Assembly: GCA_043228905.1 (NCBI GenBank)
Contig: JBHGNT010000018.1
Location: 1 to 64,000 of the forward strand
Length of the DNA: 64,000 nucleotides
Source of the DNA: Azolla caroliniana
Lineage: Eukaryota > Plantae > Polypodiophyta
Reading direction: 5' to 3'
The notes beneath the pieces were generated by a model, which was not told where the DNA came from, searched no databases, and saw only the letters and a list, made by a program, of their open reading frames with translations. Below, piece after piece: positions 54,301-64,000 of the stretch (position 1 is its first letter; each line of letters starts with the position of its first letter). The position numbers were made by a program, and so were the translations under genes.

Positions 54301-55560
54301 TTTACAAATCTTGATTTTTTAATTCCATATCATAGGTGGCTTTGTGAGCTTCGATTCGCATGTTTGAACACTAAAATCCGATATCACATGGGGCAGGTAT
54401 GAACATTTTAATTTACTCTCGGGCTCTTCTCTACTCCCTCCTCTAATTTGGGAATTTTCTCATGTCTCTCGACCTGAGTTTACAAATCTTGATTTTTTAA
54501 TTCCATATGATAGCTAGCATTCTTAGCTTCGATTCGCATGTTTGAACACTAAAATCCGATATCACATGGGCCAGGTATGAACATTTTATTTACTCTCGGG
54601 CACTTCTCTACTCCCTCCTCTAATTTGCAAATTTGTTCATGTCTCTCGACCTGAATTTCAAAAGCTTTATTTTTTAATTCCATATGATAGCTAGCGTTGC
54701 TAGCTTCGATTCGCACGTTTGAACACTAAAATCCGATACCACATGGGCCAGGTATGAAGATTTTAATTTACTCTCGGGCACTTCTCTACTCCCTTCTCTA
54801 ATTTGCAAATTTCTTCATGTCTCTCGACCTGAATTTCAAAAGCTTGATTTTTTAATTCCATATGATAGCTAGCATTGCTAGCTTCGATTTGCATGTTTGA
54901 ACACTAAAATCCGATATTACATGGGCCAGGTATGAACATTTTACTTTACTCTCGGGCTCTTCTCAATTCCCTCCTCAAATTTGGTAATTTCTTCATGTCT
55001 CTCGACCTGAGTTTCAAAATCTTGATTTTTTAATTCCATATCATAGGTAGCTTTGTTAGCTTCGATTCGCATGTCTGAACACTAAAATCCGATATCACAT
55101 GGGCCAGGTCTAAATATTTTAATTTACTCTCGGGCTCTTCTTAACTCCCTCCTCAAATTTGGTAATTACTTCATATCTCTCGACCTGAGTTTCAAAATCT
55201 TGATTTTTTAATTCCATATCATAGCTAGCTTTGTTAGCTTCGAGTCGCATGTTCTCAACTCTCGGGCTCTTCTCAACTCCCTCCTCAAATTTGCAAATTT
55301 CATCATGTCTGTCGACCTGAGTTTCAAAATTTTGATTTTTTAATTACAAATCATAGCTAGCATTGTTAGCTTCGATTCGCATGTTTGAACACTAATATCC
55401 GATATAACATGGGCCAGGTATGAACATTCTACTTTACTCTCGGGCTCTTCTCAACTCCCTCCTCAAATTTGGTAATTACTTCATGTCTCTCGACCTGAGT
55501 TTCAAAATCTTGACTTATTAATTCTATATCATAGATAGCTTTGTTAGCTTCGATTCGCAT
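48389..55560 (+). repeat. 178-bp satellite subfamily B, block 2, with a 2413-bp higher-order repeat
   Basis: The deleted monomer 'ttccattttactttactctcgagc' occurs at ~51633 and ~54046, and 'taaaaattttaatttacgctcg' at 50641 and 53054 (both 2413 apart). Confidence 0.9.
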
Positions 55561-58285
55561 GCTTCAACACTAAAATCCGATATCACACCTGCCAGCTATG
55601 AACATTTTGATTTACTCACGCACTCTTGTCTACACCGTCCTCAACTTTTCTTTTTTCTTCATGTCTCTCGCCGTGACTTTCAAAATCATGATTCTTCAAT
55701 TCCATATTATAGAGTGCTTTGCCTTTTTCTTCAGGTCTCTCGCCCCTAGTTTCAAAATCATTATTTTTCAATTTCATATTATAGAGTGCATTTGTAGCTA
55801 AGATTCGCATGTTTGAACACAAATATTCGATATCACACTAGCTAGCTATGAACATTTTCATTTACTCATGCGCTCTTGTGTACACTGTCCTCAACTTTGC
55901 TTTTTTCTTCATGTCTCCTGGCCTGAATTTCAAAATCATGATTTTTCAATTCCTTCTCATAGCTATCATTGTTAGCATTGATTAGCATGTTTGAAGAAAA
56001 ATATCCGATATCATTAGAGCCAGGTATGAAAATTTTTATTTACTCAAACGCGCTTTTCTACGTCGTTCTCATCTTTGCTTTTTTCTTCATGTCTCCTGCC
56101 CTGAGTTTCAAGATTATGATTTTTCAATTCCATATTATAGAGTGCATCGTTATCTTCCATATTATAGAGTGCATGTTTGAACACAAAAATCCGATATCAC
56201 TCGAGCCAGGTATGAAAATTTTCATTTACTTACGCGCTCTGGTCTACACCGTCCTCAACATTGCTTTTTTCTTTATGTCTCTTACCCTGTGTTTCAAAAT
56301 CATGATTTTTCAATTCTAAATTATAGAGTGCATCGTTAGCTTTGATTCACATGTTTGAACACAAAAATCCAATATCACACAAGCCAGCTATGAACATTTT
56401 TATTTACTCACGCGCTCTTGTCTACACCGTCCCCAACTTTGCTTTTTTCTTCATGTCTCCTTCGCTGAGTTACAAAATCATGATTTTAGAATTACATATT
56501 ATATCTATCTTCGATAGCTTCCATTTGTATGTTTGAAGACAAAAATCCGATATCACTCAAGCCAGGTACAAACATCTTGATTTACTAACACGCTCATGTC
56601 TATGCCGTTCTCATCTTTGCTTTTTTCTTCATGTGTCTTGCCCTAAGTTTAAAAATCATTCTTTTTAAATTCCATATTATAGAGTGCATCGGTAGCTTCG
56701 ATTCGCATGTTTGAACACAAAAATCTGATATCACACTAGCCAGCTATGAACATTTTCATTTACTCATGCGCTCTTGTCTACACCGTCCTCAACTTTGCTT
56801 TTTTCTTCATGTCTCCTGCCCTGAGTTTCAAAATCATGATTTTTCAATTACATATCATAGCTATCTTTCTATAGTTTCAATTCGCATGTTTAAAGACAAA
56901 AATCCGATATCACTCGAGCCAGGTATGAACATTTTGATTTACTCACACGCTCTTGTCTACGCTGTTCTTATCTTTGCTTTTTTCTTCATGTCTCTCGCCC
57001 TGAGTTTCAAAATCATAATTTTTCAATTCCATTTGAACACAAAAATCCGATATCACACAAGCCAAGTATGAACATTTTGATTTACTCACGCACTCTTGTC
57101 TACACCATCCTCAACTTTGCTTTTTTCTTCATGTCTGCTGGTCTGAGTTTCAAGATCATGATTTTTTAATTCCATATCATAACTATCTTGGTTTTCTTCG
57201 ATTCACATGTTTGAACACAAAAATCCGATATCGCACTAGCCAACTATGAACATTTTTATTTACTCAGGCGCTCTTGTCTACACCGGCCTCAACTTTGCTT
57301 TTTTCTTCATGTCTCGTGCCCTGAGTTTCGAAATTATGATTTTTGAATTACATATCATAGCTATCTTCGTTAGCTTCGATTCGCATGTTTGAAGACAAAA
57401 ATCCGATATCACTCAAGCCAGGTATGAACATTTTGATTAACTCACACGCTCTTGTCTACGCTATTCTCATCTTTTCTTTTTTCTTCATGCCTCTCGCCCC
57501 GAGTTACAACATCATGATTTTTCAATTCCATATTATAGAGTGCATCGTTAGCTTTGATTCGCATGTTTGACCACAAAAATCAAATATCACACAAGCCAGC
57601 TATGAACATTTTGATTTACTCACGCGCTCTTGTCTACACCATCCTCAACTTTGCTTTTTTCTTCATGTCTTCTGCCCCGAGTTTCAACATCATGATTTTT
57701 CAATTCCATATTATAGAGTGCATCGTTAGCTTTGATTCGCATGTTTGACCACAAAAATCAAATATCACACAAGCCAACTATGTACATTTTGATTTACTCA
57801 CACGCTCTTGTCTATACCATCCTCAACTTTGCTTTTTTCTTCATGTCTCCTGCCTTGAGTTTAAAAATCATAATTTTTCAATTACATGTCATAGCTATCT
57901 TTGTTAGCTTCAATTCGCATGTTTGAACACAAAAATCCGATATCACACAAGCCAGCTATAAACATTTTGATTTACTCACGCGCTCTTGTCTACACCGTCA
58001 TCAACTTTGCTTTTTTCTTCATGTCTCCTGCCCTAAGTTTCCAAGTCATGATTTTTCAATTCTATATCATAGCTATCTTCGTTAGCTTCTATTCACATCT
58101 TTAAACACAAAAATCCGATATCACACAAGACAGCTATGAACATTTTGATTTACTAACGCGCTCTTGTCTACACCGTCCTCAACTTTGCTTTTTTCTTCAT
58201 GTCTCCTGCCCTGAGTTTCAAAGTCATGATTTTTCAATTCCATATCATAGCTATATTCATTAGCTTCAATTCGCATGTTTGAACA
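55561..58285 (+). repeat. Diverged satellite subfamily C (~178 bp, heterogeneous monomers)
   Basis: Core changes to ctcttgtctacaccgtcctcaactttgcttttttcttcatg, with tails alternating between 'atagagtgcatcg' and 'atagctatctt'. tcgcatgtttgaacac..aatccgatatcac is retained. Confidence 0.9.
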
Positions 58286-58420
58286 TGTTAAGGATTAGGT
58301 AATTAATTAAGGAATAATTATTACCTAATTAAGTGATTAACTTAAGTGATTACGTAGCGGAAGATTAAGTGATATGTGCGTGTATGTGTGCGTGAGAGGA
58401 AGAGAGAGAGAAGTACACTT
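58286..58420. other. Non-satellite insert, possible truncated LTR remnant
   Basis: Interrupts a monomer after 'gaaca' and starts TGTTAAGGATTAGG (compare the LTR end TGTAAGGAATAGG). Contains an inverted repeat and TG/GA microsatellite. No TSD found. Confidence 0.4.
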
Positions 58421-58424
58421 ATGT

Positions 58425-58880
58425 ATACTTACTTTTTCCATTATGTCTCTTGGCCTTAATTTTTAAACATAGATTTTATAAGCTCATATCATAGCCTACT
58501 TCGTTGGCTTCGATCCAACTATTTGAACGAGGAAATCAGATATCATATGAGGATGCTATGAACTTTCTGATGCATGTGGGCACTTTTGTTTGCGCTTGCA
58601 TGACTTCTGCTACAACTTGACTTTTTCCTTCATGTCTCTTGGCTTGAATTTCAAATTTTAGATTTATTAGGTCATATGATAACCTACTTCGTTGGCTTTA
58701 AATCAACTACTTCAACGTGGAAATCTAATATCATATGAGGACGCTAGGAGCTTTTTGATTCATGTGGGCGCTCTTGTTTGCCCCTGCATGAGTTCTGCCA
58801 CAACTTTACATTTTTATTCATGTCTCTTGGACTGAATTTCAAAACTTCAATTTTATTAGGTCATATCATAGCTGTTATTT
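58425..58880 (+). repeat. Degenerate terminal satellite monomers with a 188-bp period
   Basis: ggaaatc at 58531 and 58719, catgtctcttgg at 58631 and 58819. Homologous to the 178-bp unit (catgtctc..tttcaaa..atatcatag). Confidence 0.8.
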
Positions 58881-59040
58881 GAAGCTTGGAGATATAACTT
58901 TGTGTGATTTTTTATTTTTAAGTTTTAGGTTTTGAGCAATTGGAAGGTTAGGTTTTTTTGAGTAATTTTATGATCATTTTCATGGCAAATATTTGTTGTA
59001 CACTTAACCATTTTTTAGAGTTTTTGATGTTTGTTTCTAT

Positions 59041-59216
59041 GTCAGGCTCTTGGTGACAGAGGTTATCAGATAGAAGGGCTCCCTTTGAAAGAGTCGGGCT
59101 CCTAGTTACAAAGGTTGTCAGACAGCGAGGATCCTTGTGATGGAGTCGGGCTCTTGGTGACAGAGGCTATGAGAGAGTCGGGCTCTTTGTGACAGACTCG
59201 GGCTCCTGGTGACAAA
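59041..59216 (+). repeat. 52-bp minisatellite (~3.4 copies) built on a gtcgggctc(t/c)tggtgaca motif
   Basis: Units start at 59041, 59093, 59145 and 59197. Each unit has a second degenerate motif copy at +32. Confidence 0.8.
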
Positions 59217-59598
59217 CGTTGGCAGCTTTTTATCCACATTGGACGGTGGAGATCGTATGTGCCATCAGCGTTGCGACCTGCACCGTCCGTGCCCGCGATT
59301 CCCTCACTTGCCCTCTTAAATTTTGTTTGGAATTCTTTTGGTAGTAGTTAGTCACGAGCATGTATATATGTTATGTTATGTATGTTACCAGCAGCGGTAC
59401 ATATATTACCAGCAGCCCCTCCTGTCCTGTGTCTGCAGGGAGCAAGGATAGGGATTAGGGTAATTCATGTACAGTGCGCATGGATGGAAGTAGTACGTAC
59501 ATATATGTATGTAGGGAGTAAGTAAAGTATGTTCTTAGCAGCCGATGATGATGGCATGACATGGATTCCGGAAGTTCCAGGCAGAAGAAGAAGAAGAT

Positions 59599-60921
59599 AT
59601 GGGGGTAGAGGAAGCAGAGGAGGAGGAGGAGGAGGTATGGAGCAGACTTCCAGATGAGGTTGTGGAGCGAGTGTGGAAGAGACTGACAGCATATGATTGC
59701 ATCAGAGTTGGATCCACATGCAAGAGGTTCAGATCCATCCTCCATATCTTCTTCTCCTCCCAATCACCCCTCCTTACCTCATATCCTTGTCCACCCAACC
59801 TTCTTCTTCTTCTGTTCCCGCTCCCTTCAGCAGGAGACGACGATGAAGAAGAAGAAGAAGAAGAAGAAGAAGAAGAAGACGAAGACCATGACGAACCGGA
59901 ACTCAGCCTTGGCCTCTCCCACTCCTGCTCATGCTCATACGATCCCAGCCTTGGCAAGTGGATCCCTTTGCCCCTTTCCTTCTTGAGTTCAGGCCTCTCT
60001 GAATCCTCCTTCCCTGTTGCGTCAGCTGGCGGATTGCTTTGCTTCACCTCCGGAGGATTCGGCCCTGGTACCCACTCACTAACCTTCGTGGTTTGTAACC
60101 CTCTTACAAAGTCATGGAGAGAGCTCCCCCTGCTTCCTTCTGATGTTGGCCAGAATCTTGCTGTTGATGGGGAGCAAAATATACCTATAGACTTCAATGA
60201 TGAAGACTCGGTGCATGCTTTCGGATTGATGACCTTTGATCATGAGCATGACAACCCCCGGGGCTATGAATTCTTCGCAATTAACTACACTTCTAGAAAC
60301 GGAACTTGTATGGCCATGGCTTATTCTTCCCACCTTTGTAGCTGGCAAGGCCTCTCCGTCCTCACCATGGAGCAACCTTATTGCACATTAAGTAGTATGA
60401 ATATTGTTGTTATGGGAAGAAATACCGAAATCGACGATAATGCCATCTCGCTCTATTCGCTGTGGAAGAGACGATCAGAGTTTGTCATATATCATCTTGC
60501 TCGAGGCACATGGACCGAGATCGAAAGCCCAGAGTGTGAATCCTCCCTCGTAAGTGCCCATTTGATTGATTGCTATGGTGTGTTGCACATGGTGGCGGGT
60601 GTCGGCATTGTGTGGCTTCCTACCAATGTGATTGAGAGCCCCACCAGCGTGCGCATCTGGAGGCTCAACATGCCAAGCAAGAGTTGGTCGGAAGTGACGA
60701 GAATGCCAGCTGCAGTTCTCCATGAATTTCGACGCAACATTGATTTCGAAAGCTTGCAGTGCTTGGGCAAGGACGGAGTGATCTACTTGACAAGTCTCCT
60801 GAAGGAGGTTCTCATGTATGACATGGAGACTGGGGATTGGAAATGGTTTGAGGCTGACTTCTTTGACGTGGACAAGGGATTTGTAGGGTTCATTCTTGAG
60901 CCGTCCCTAACCTCGCCTTGA
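59599..60921 (+). CDS. Intronless F-box protein with a C-terminal kelch-like/F-box-associated beta-propeller region (440 aa)
   Basis: N-terminal F-box WSRLPDEVVERVWKRL..CIRVGSTCKRFRSI. Plant F-box/kelch-type motifs YDPSLGKW, PVASAGGLLCF, VVCNPLTKSWRELP, WSEVTRMP, VLMYDMETGDWKW and terminal F.LEPSL. Confidence 0.9.
   Translation: MGVEEAEEEEEEVWSRLPDEVVERVWKRLTAYDCIRVGSTCKRFRSILHIFFSSQSPLLTSYPCPPNLLLLLFPLPSAGDDDEEEEEEEEEEEDEDHDEPELSLGLSHSCSCSYDPSLGKWIPLPLSFLSSGLSESSFPVASAGGLLCFTSGGFGPGTHSLTFVVCNPLTKSWRELPLLPSDVGQNLAVDGEQNIPIDFNDEDSVHAFGLMTFDHEHDNPRGYEFFAINYTSRNGTCMAMAYSSHLCSWQGLSVLTMEQPYCTLSSMNIVVMGRNTEIDDNAISLYSLWKRRSEFVIYHLARGTWTEIESPECESSLVSAHLIDCYGVLHMVAGVGIVWLPTNVIESPTSVRIWRLNMPSKSWSEVTRMPAAVLHEFRRNIDFESLQCLGKDGVIYLTSLLKEVLMYDMETGDWKWFEADFFDVDKGFVGFILEPSLTSP
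59845..59877 (+). repeat. (GAA)11 coding microsatellite (poly-Glu)
   Basis: Perfect GAA run encoding E11 within DDDE11DEDHDE. Confidence 0.95.
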
Positions 60922-62849
60922 CTTGCAATTGTGCTAAGCTTGGACAGATGTTTTGTGTGTTGTCATGAATCATTGATTCTGCCTTACATTTTGTGAATCA
61001 GTTTGTTCCTGTTTTAGTGACATCTAGGCAGAATGGAGCATGTTGTTGACCGTGTGCTGGATGTTTGTTATAATGGACCCAAAGCATTTTCATGGGAAGG
61101 TCTGCCCAAAGTGGGCATGCATATACACTAGTAACGATGCTCTCATTTATACAATTGTAGATAGTAAAATTATGGTTATGATTGTTTTACTTGCCAATGA
61201 AAAATAAAATATCCGATTCTCTTTAAACTTGTGAGAATATTCTCTGTACTCGTGGCTTATCAAAAAAGGGAATTTTATTCAATCTATGGCTATACCTGGA
61301 TATATACTTCTTTATATTATTTCTAGTATATTGTCAGTATGCTATAAGAGGCTCTTTAGTCAAAAGAAGAATGCTGAGAAAGCAAAGTAGGATGATAATC
61401 ATAAAACTCAAGGCTTTGCTTGTATAGAATATACCGATTTTTGCTAAATGGCATTCTGAAAATGGTGTGTTTCCTGGCATTTAGCTGAATTGTTGCTGTT
61501 TATCTCGGTGAAAGGGTTTACCACAGATTGTGGTTTACTGTCATCATGTGGCATGTTTGTCATTACCAGATTTTTGCTGCATGCTATTGCATTTATTTCT
61601 TATGCCAGTAAGTTTAAATTTGATGAAATCTGGAAAAAGTGGGGTTTCGTGTTCAGAGTGCACTTACATGCTTCAGTTCAATGACAATTAGAACTAGGCG
61701 GAGGTGCCTAATGGAATATAAGAAAGTGAGTAGGGAGATTTTTTGAAATACTTAAAAACATTGTAGAGAGAAGTCAGAGTTAGACGACTGAGATTAGTGG
61801 CAATGTAAAATTCGTCAAAAGGCTAAGCAAAATGTGCTCAAAAGGACAATCAGTCATTTTTCTATTTCAAAAGCTGAAAGCCATGTGCTCATAGGTTCAA
61901 AACTATTGTGGCTCTTCATTGCAAGGATGTGTTTACACTTGACAACCTTTACCACCTTCACTTTGACAAGTGTTTGCCCAATGATATATATTGAAGTTTT
62001 TAGTTTCACCAGACTAATGTCTGTTATGAATGGGTCCACATTTTAGGTAACAAGTATCTTATGGGCGAAACATTTAAACATTTCAAAAAACCCAAACTGA
62101 TTGAATTATAGAAATTAGATCATGGGAAGCAACAAAGACATCAATCTTTTGTGAATACTCTACTCTTCTCAATGTTGTTTTCTTAATAATTTTGCACAGA
62201 GGTTTTAACTTAATTTCCTTGAGAAAATGACCTTTCACTACTGCAGCAATCAACAGTAATGTTAGTGTATCATATTTTGCCTTGGTATTTTCAGAAATAA
62301 AAATGCTGCCCTACCTTTTTTTAAAGGCGACTTCAATTAAGTTTTTCTATTTTTCCTCAGGGTTTACATTAATTGTGCATAAGATCAATAGGAATCCTCG
62401 TGAAACCTGTGTTGTAACCAAATAAAATTTTCTTATATACTAGGATTACCAAAATTTGACGAGTTACAATACCATTATTTAGCCCCTGAATGTTACTATT
62501 ATCGAAAACACACTAGCCCTAGAAAACTTGCAAATCCATGATGAGGTGCATCACTTTTCTAGAAGCACATTCATGGTATTTCTATAAGAAATGCAGACTT
62601 CGTATACTTCACACTAGTGGAAGACGATGGCTTATATACAAGGTTCAAGGCTTTTGCTGAATCACCCATAAGGCCTTTGTGCTCTGTATAACATGTAACC
62701 AAACCAAGACCTTTGCTGCTTACAGACTCAGATGCCAAAGTACGATAAATATTTTACACTTAGCAACTACATTCCTTCTCCCTTCAAATGTTTAGTGGTA
62801 ATAATTCTCAATACAAAAATCATATCAGAGAATAACTGTCTTTTAACGC

Positions 62850-63816
62850 TCACAGTTTCTCAGATGACGAGATCTTCCTCTTTAGACCAGCAACAGTAGA
62901 TGCAGGTCGGCGTTGACTGAAATTGGCTCTACATGTCCGCAAAAACATAAAAAAAAGAATTTCATATTTCAAATAAGCTGTGCTATATACAAGGTTTCTT
63001 TTAAGGTAACATATTTCAAATCAGCTTCACTATAAGACTTATTTAAGGTGTCATATTTCAGTAAGATACTATTATGAGAGAAGGTATCAGAACAGATTGA
63101 TTATTATATGGAGCACAATTGTATAAAATAACTTACCCGCATGTTGAGCATGAACCATGCTTCTTGCAGAAGATAGACAAGCATACAGAACATATAAATC
63201 CAGTATCAATTATCTTCTTATGGCAAAAACACCTGTGCATGTGTCAGCAATCTTATAAGGTGCATACAGCCATGGAGGAAGCAGCTGGTTGAAAGATAGT
63301 TTTAAAAAAATGATTTGATGGATACAGCAAATGCCGAGGTACTCACGATGCACGAAAATCAACACCAGTAGGACGTGGTAATTGCAGAAACCTTCGAGAG
63401 TGTAGATCAGTGGCAAAAACCATCTGCGTGCAATGACAAATGTAACCTGATACTTACTAGTAAATACACTATGAGCAAGCATTTTTAACTCAAAATTTAA
63501 ATAAAAAACATAGTGTCAAATCACATATTTCAAAGCTCATCTATTACTAATGATATTGCAACTGTTACACTTTTCATACAGATCTAGTCCCTTTTGCCAA
63601 AATATCTGCTGCTCACCATAAGATATTGAAACATGCCTTCTGGTAAAGTCGGTTTCATGTATATACCCCCAGTTATATGGGCTGCCTGTTAACATTAAAA
63701 AAATTAAGCTACGTGGTGGTTTACCTTACAATCCCATGTTTGTAGATATGTGAACACATCACCTGCTGCAAAAATGCTGAATGTTCTGTACCTACCATAC
63801 AGGCATCAATAGGGAT
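62850..63816 (-). CDS. TFB4: TFIIH subunit p34/TFB4, 3' part: five exons at 63816-63763, 63685-63617, 63423-63347, 63232-63137 and 62928-62850; the gene continues beyond the window
   Basis: Manual splicing at GT-AG sites keeps frame and gives IPIDACMVGTEHSAFLQQ/AAHITGGIYMKPTLPEGMFQYLM/MVFATDLHSRRFLQLPRPTGVDFRAS/CFCHKKIIDTGFICSVCLSIFCKKHGSCSTCG/ANFSQRRPASTVAGLKRKISSSEKL*. LQQA..ITGG.Y, VDFRASCFCH and the CSVCLSIFC..C..C zinc finger are GTF2H3/TFB4 hallmarks. Confidence 0.93.
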
Positions 63817-64000
63817 CTACATGCAATGAAAAGAGAAATAAGCAGGGTCAGCAGTAGATCTTTTTCAAAGTATTAGTTTGATGCATACTAATCATATACG
63901 GATGTTTTGACAACCAGATCCCAACCTACCATCATGTGCTTTGGTTTTAGGAAGAGTTATTTCTATATGCATAAATATACTAGAAATCAATTTTGGTTAT

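Noticed and set aside
10358-57926. Short ORFs in the satellite (e.g. 10358, 13135, 43174, 48299, 51644, 54057 and the cluster from 55598)
   Set aside because: They are chance translations of monomers that lost a stop codon, they shift frame every monomer (178 is not divisible by 3), and they show no domain features.
1-58285. CRISPR-like or other repeat-spacer array
   Set aside because: The whole 178-bp unit repeats with no unique spacers, there are no cas genes, and the context is eukaryotic.
59455-60770. Minus-strand and alternate-frame ORFs over the F-box gene
   Set aside because: Poly-Ser, poly-Lys and similar shadows of the GAA/GAG repeats.
61490-62046. Short ORFs between the F-box gene and TFB4
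   Set aside because: AT-rich UTR or intergenic sequence with no motifs and no supported splice structure.
62960-63062. Repeated catatttca motif in the last TFB4 intron
   Set aside because: A short degenerate AT-rich duplication with no evidence of function.
63210-63482. 90-aa minus-strand ORF
   Set aside because: An out-of-frame read across TFB4 exons and introns.

Overview
Plant nuclear DNA showing the edge of a centromere-like satellite array. Positions 1-~58,880 are a head-to-tail array of a 178-bp AT-rich monomer, all in one orientation. It is layered into sequence subfamilies (A 1-43.1k, B 43.1-46.5k, A-like 46.5-48.4k, B 48.4-55.6k, diverged C 55.6-58.3k, degenerate 188-bp D 58.4-58.9k) and carries higher-order repeats and recurrent deletion monomers. 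A young, intact, minus-strand Ty1/copia LTR retrotransposon resembling Tnt1/Tork (33,526-38,876; 619-bp LTRs; TGTTG target-site duplication) is inserted cleanly in the array. Just beyond the array edge are a 52-bp minisatellite, an intronless F-box gene (+), and the last five coding exons of a TFIIH p34/TFB4 gene (-) that the ORF track misses. I see no clear evidence of a wholly new system. The most unusual signals are the CCGG-rich copia inside the satellite, its non-canonical 5' LTR terminus, and the very abrupt transition from satellite to genes.
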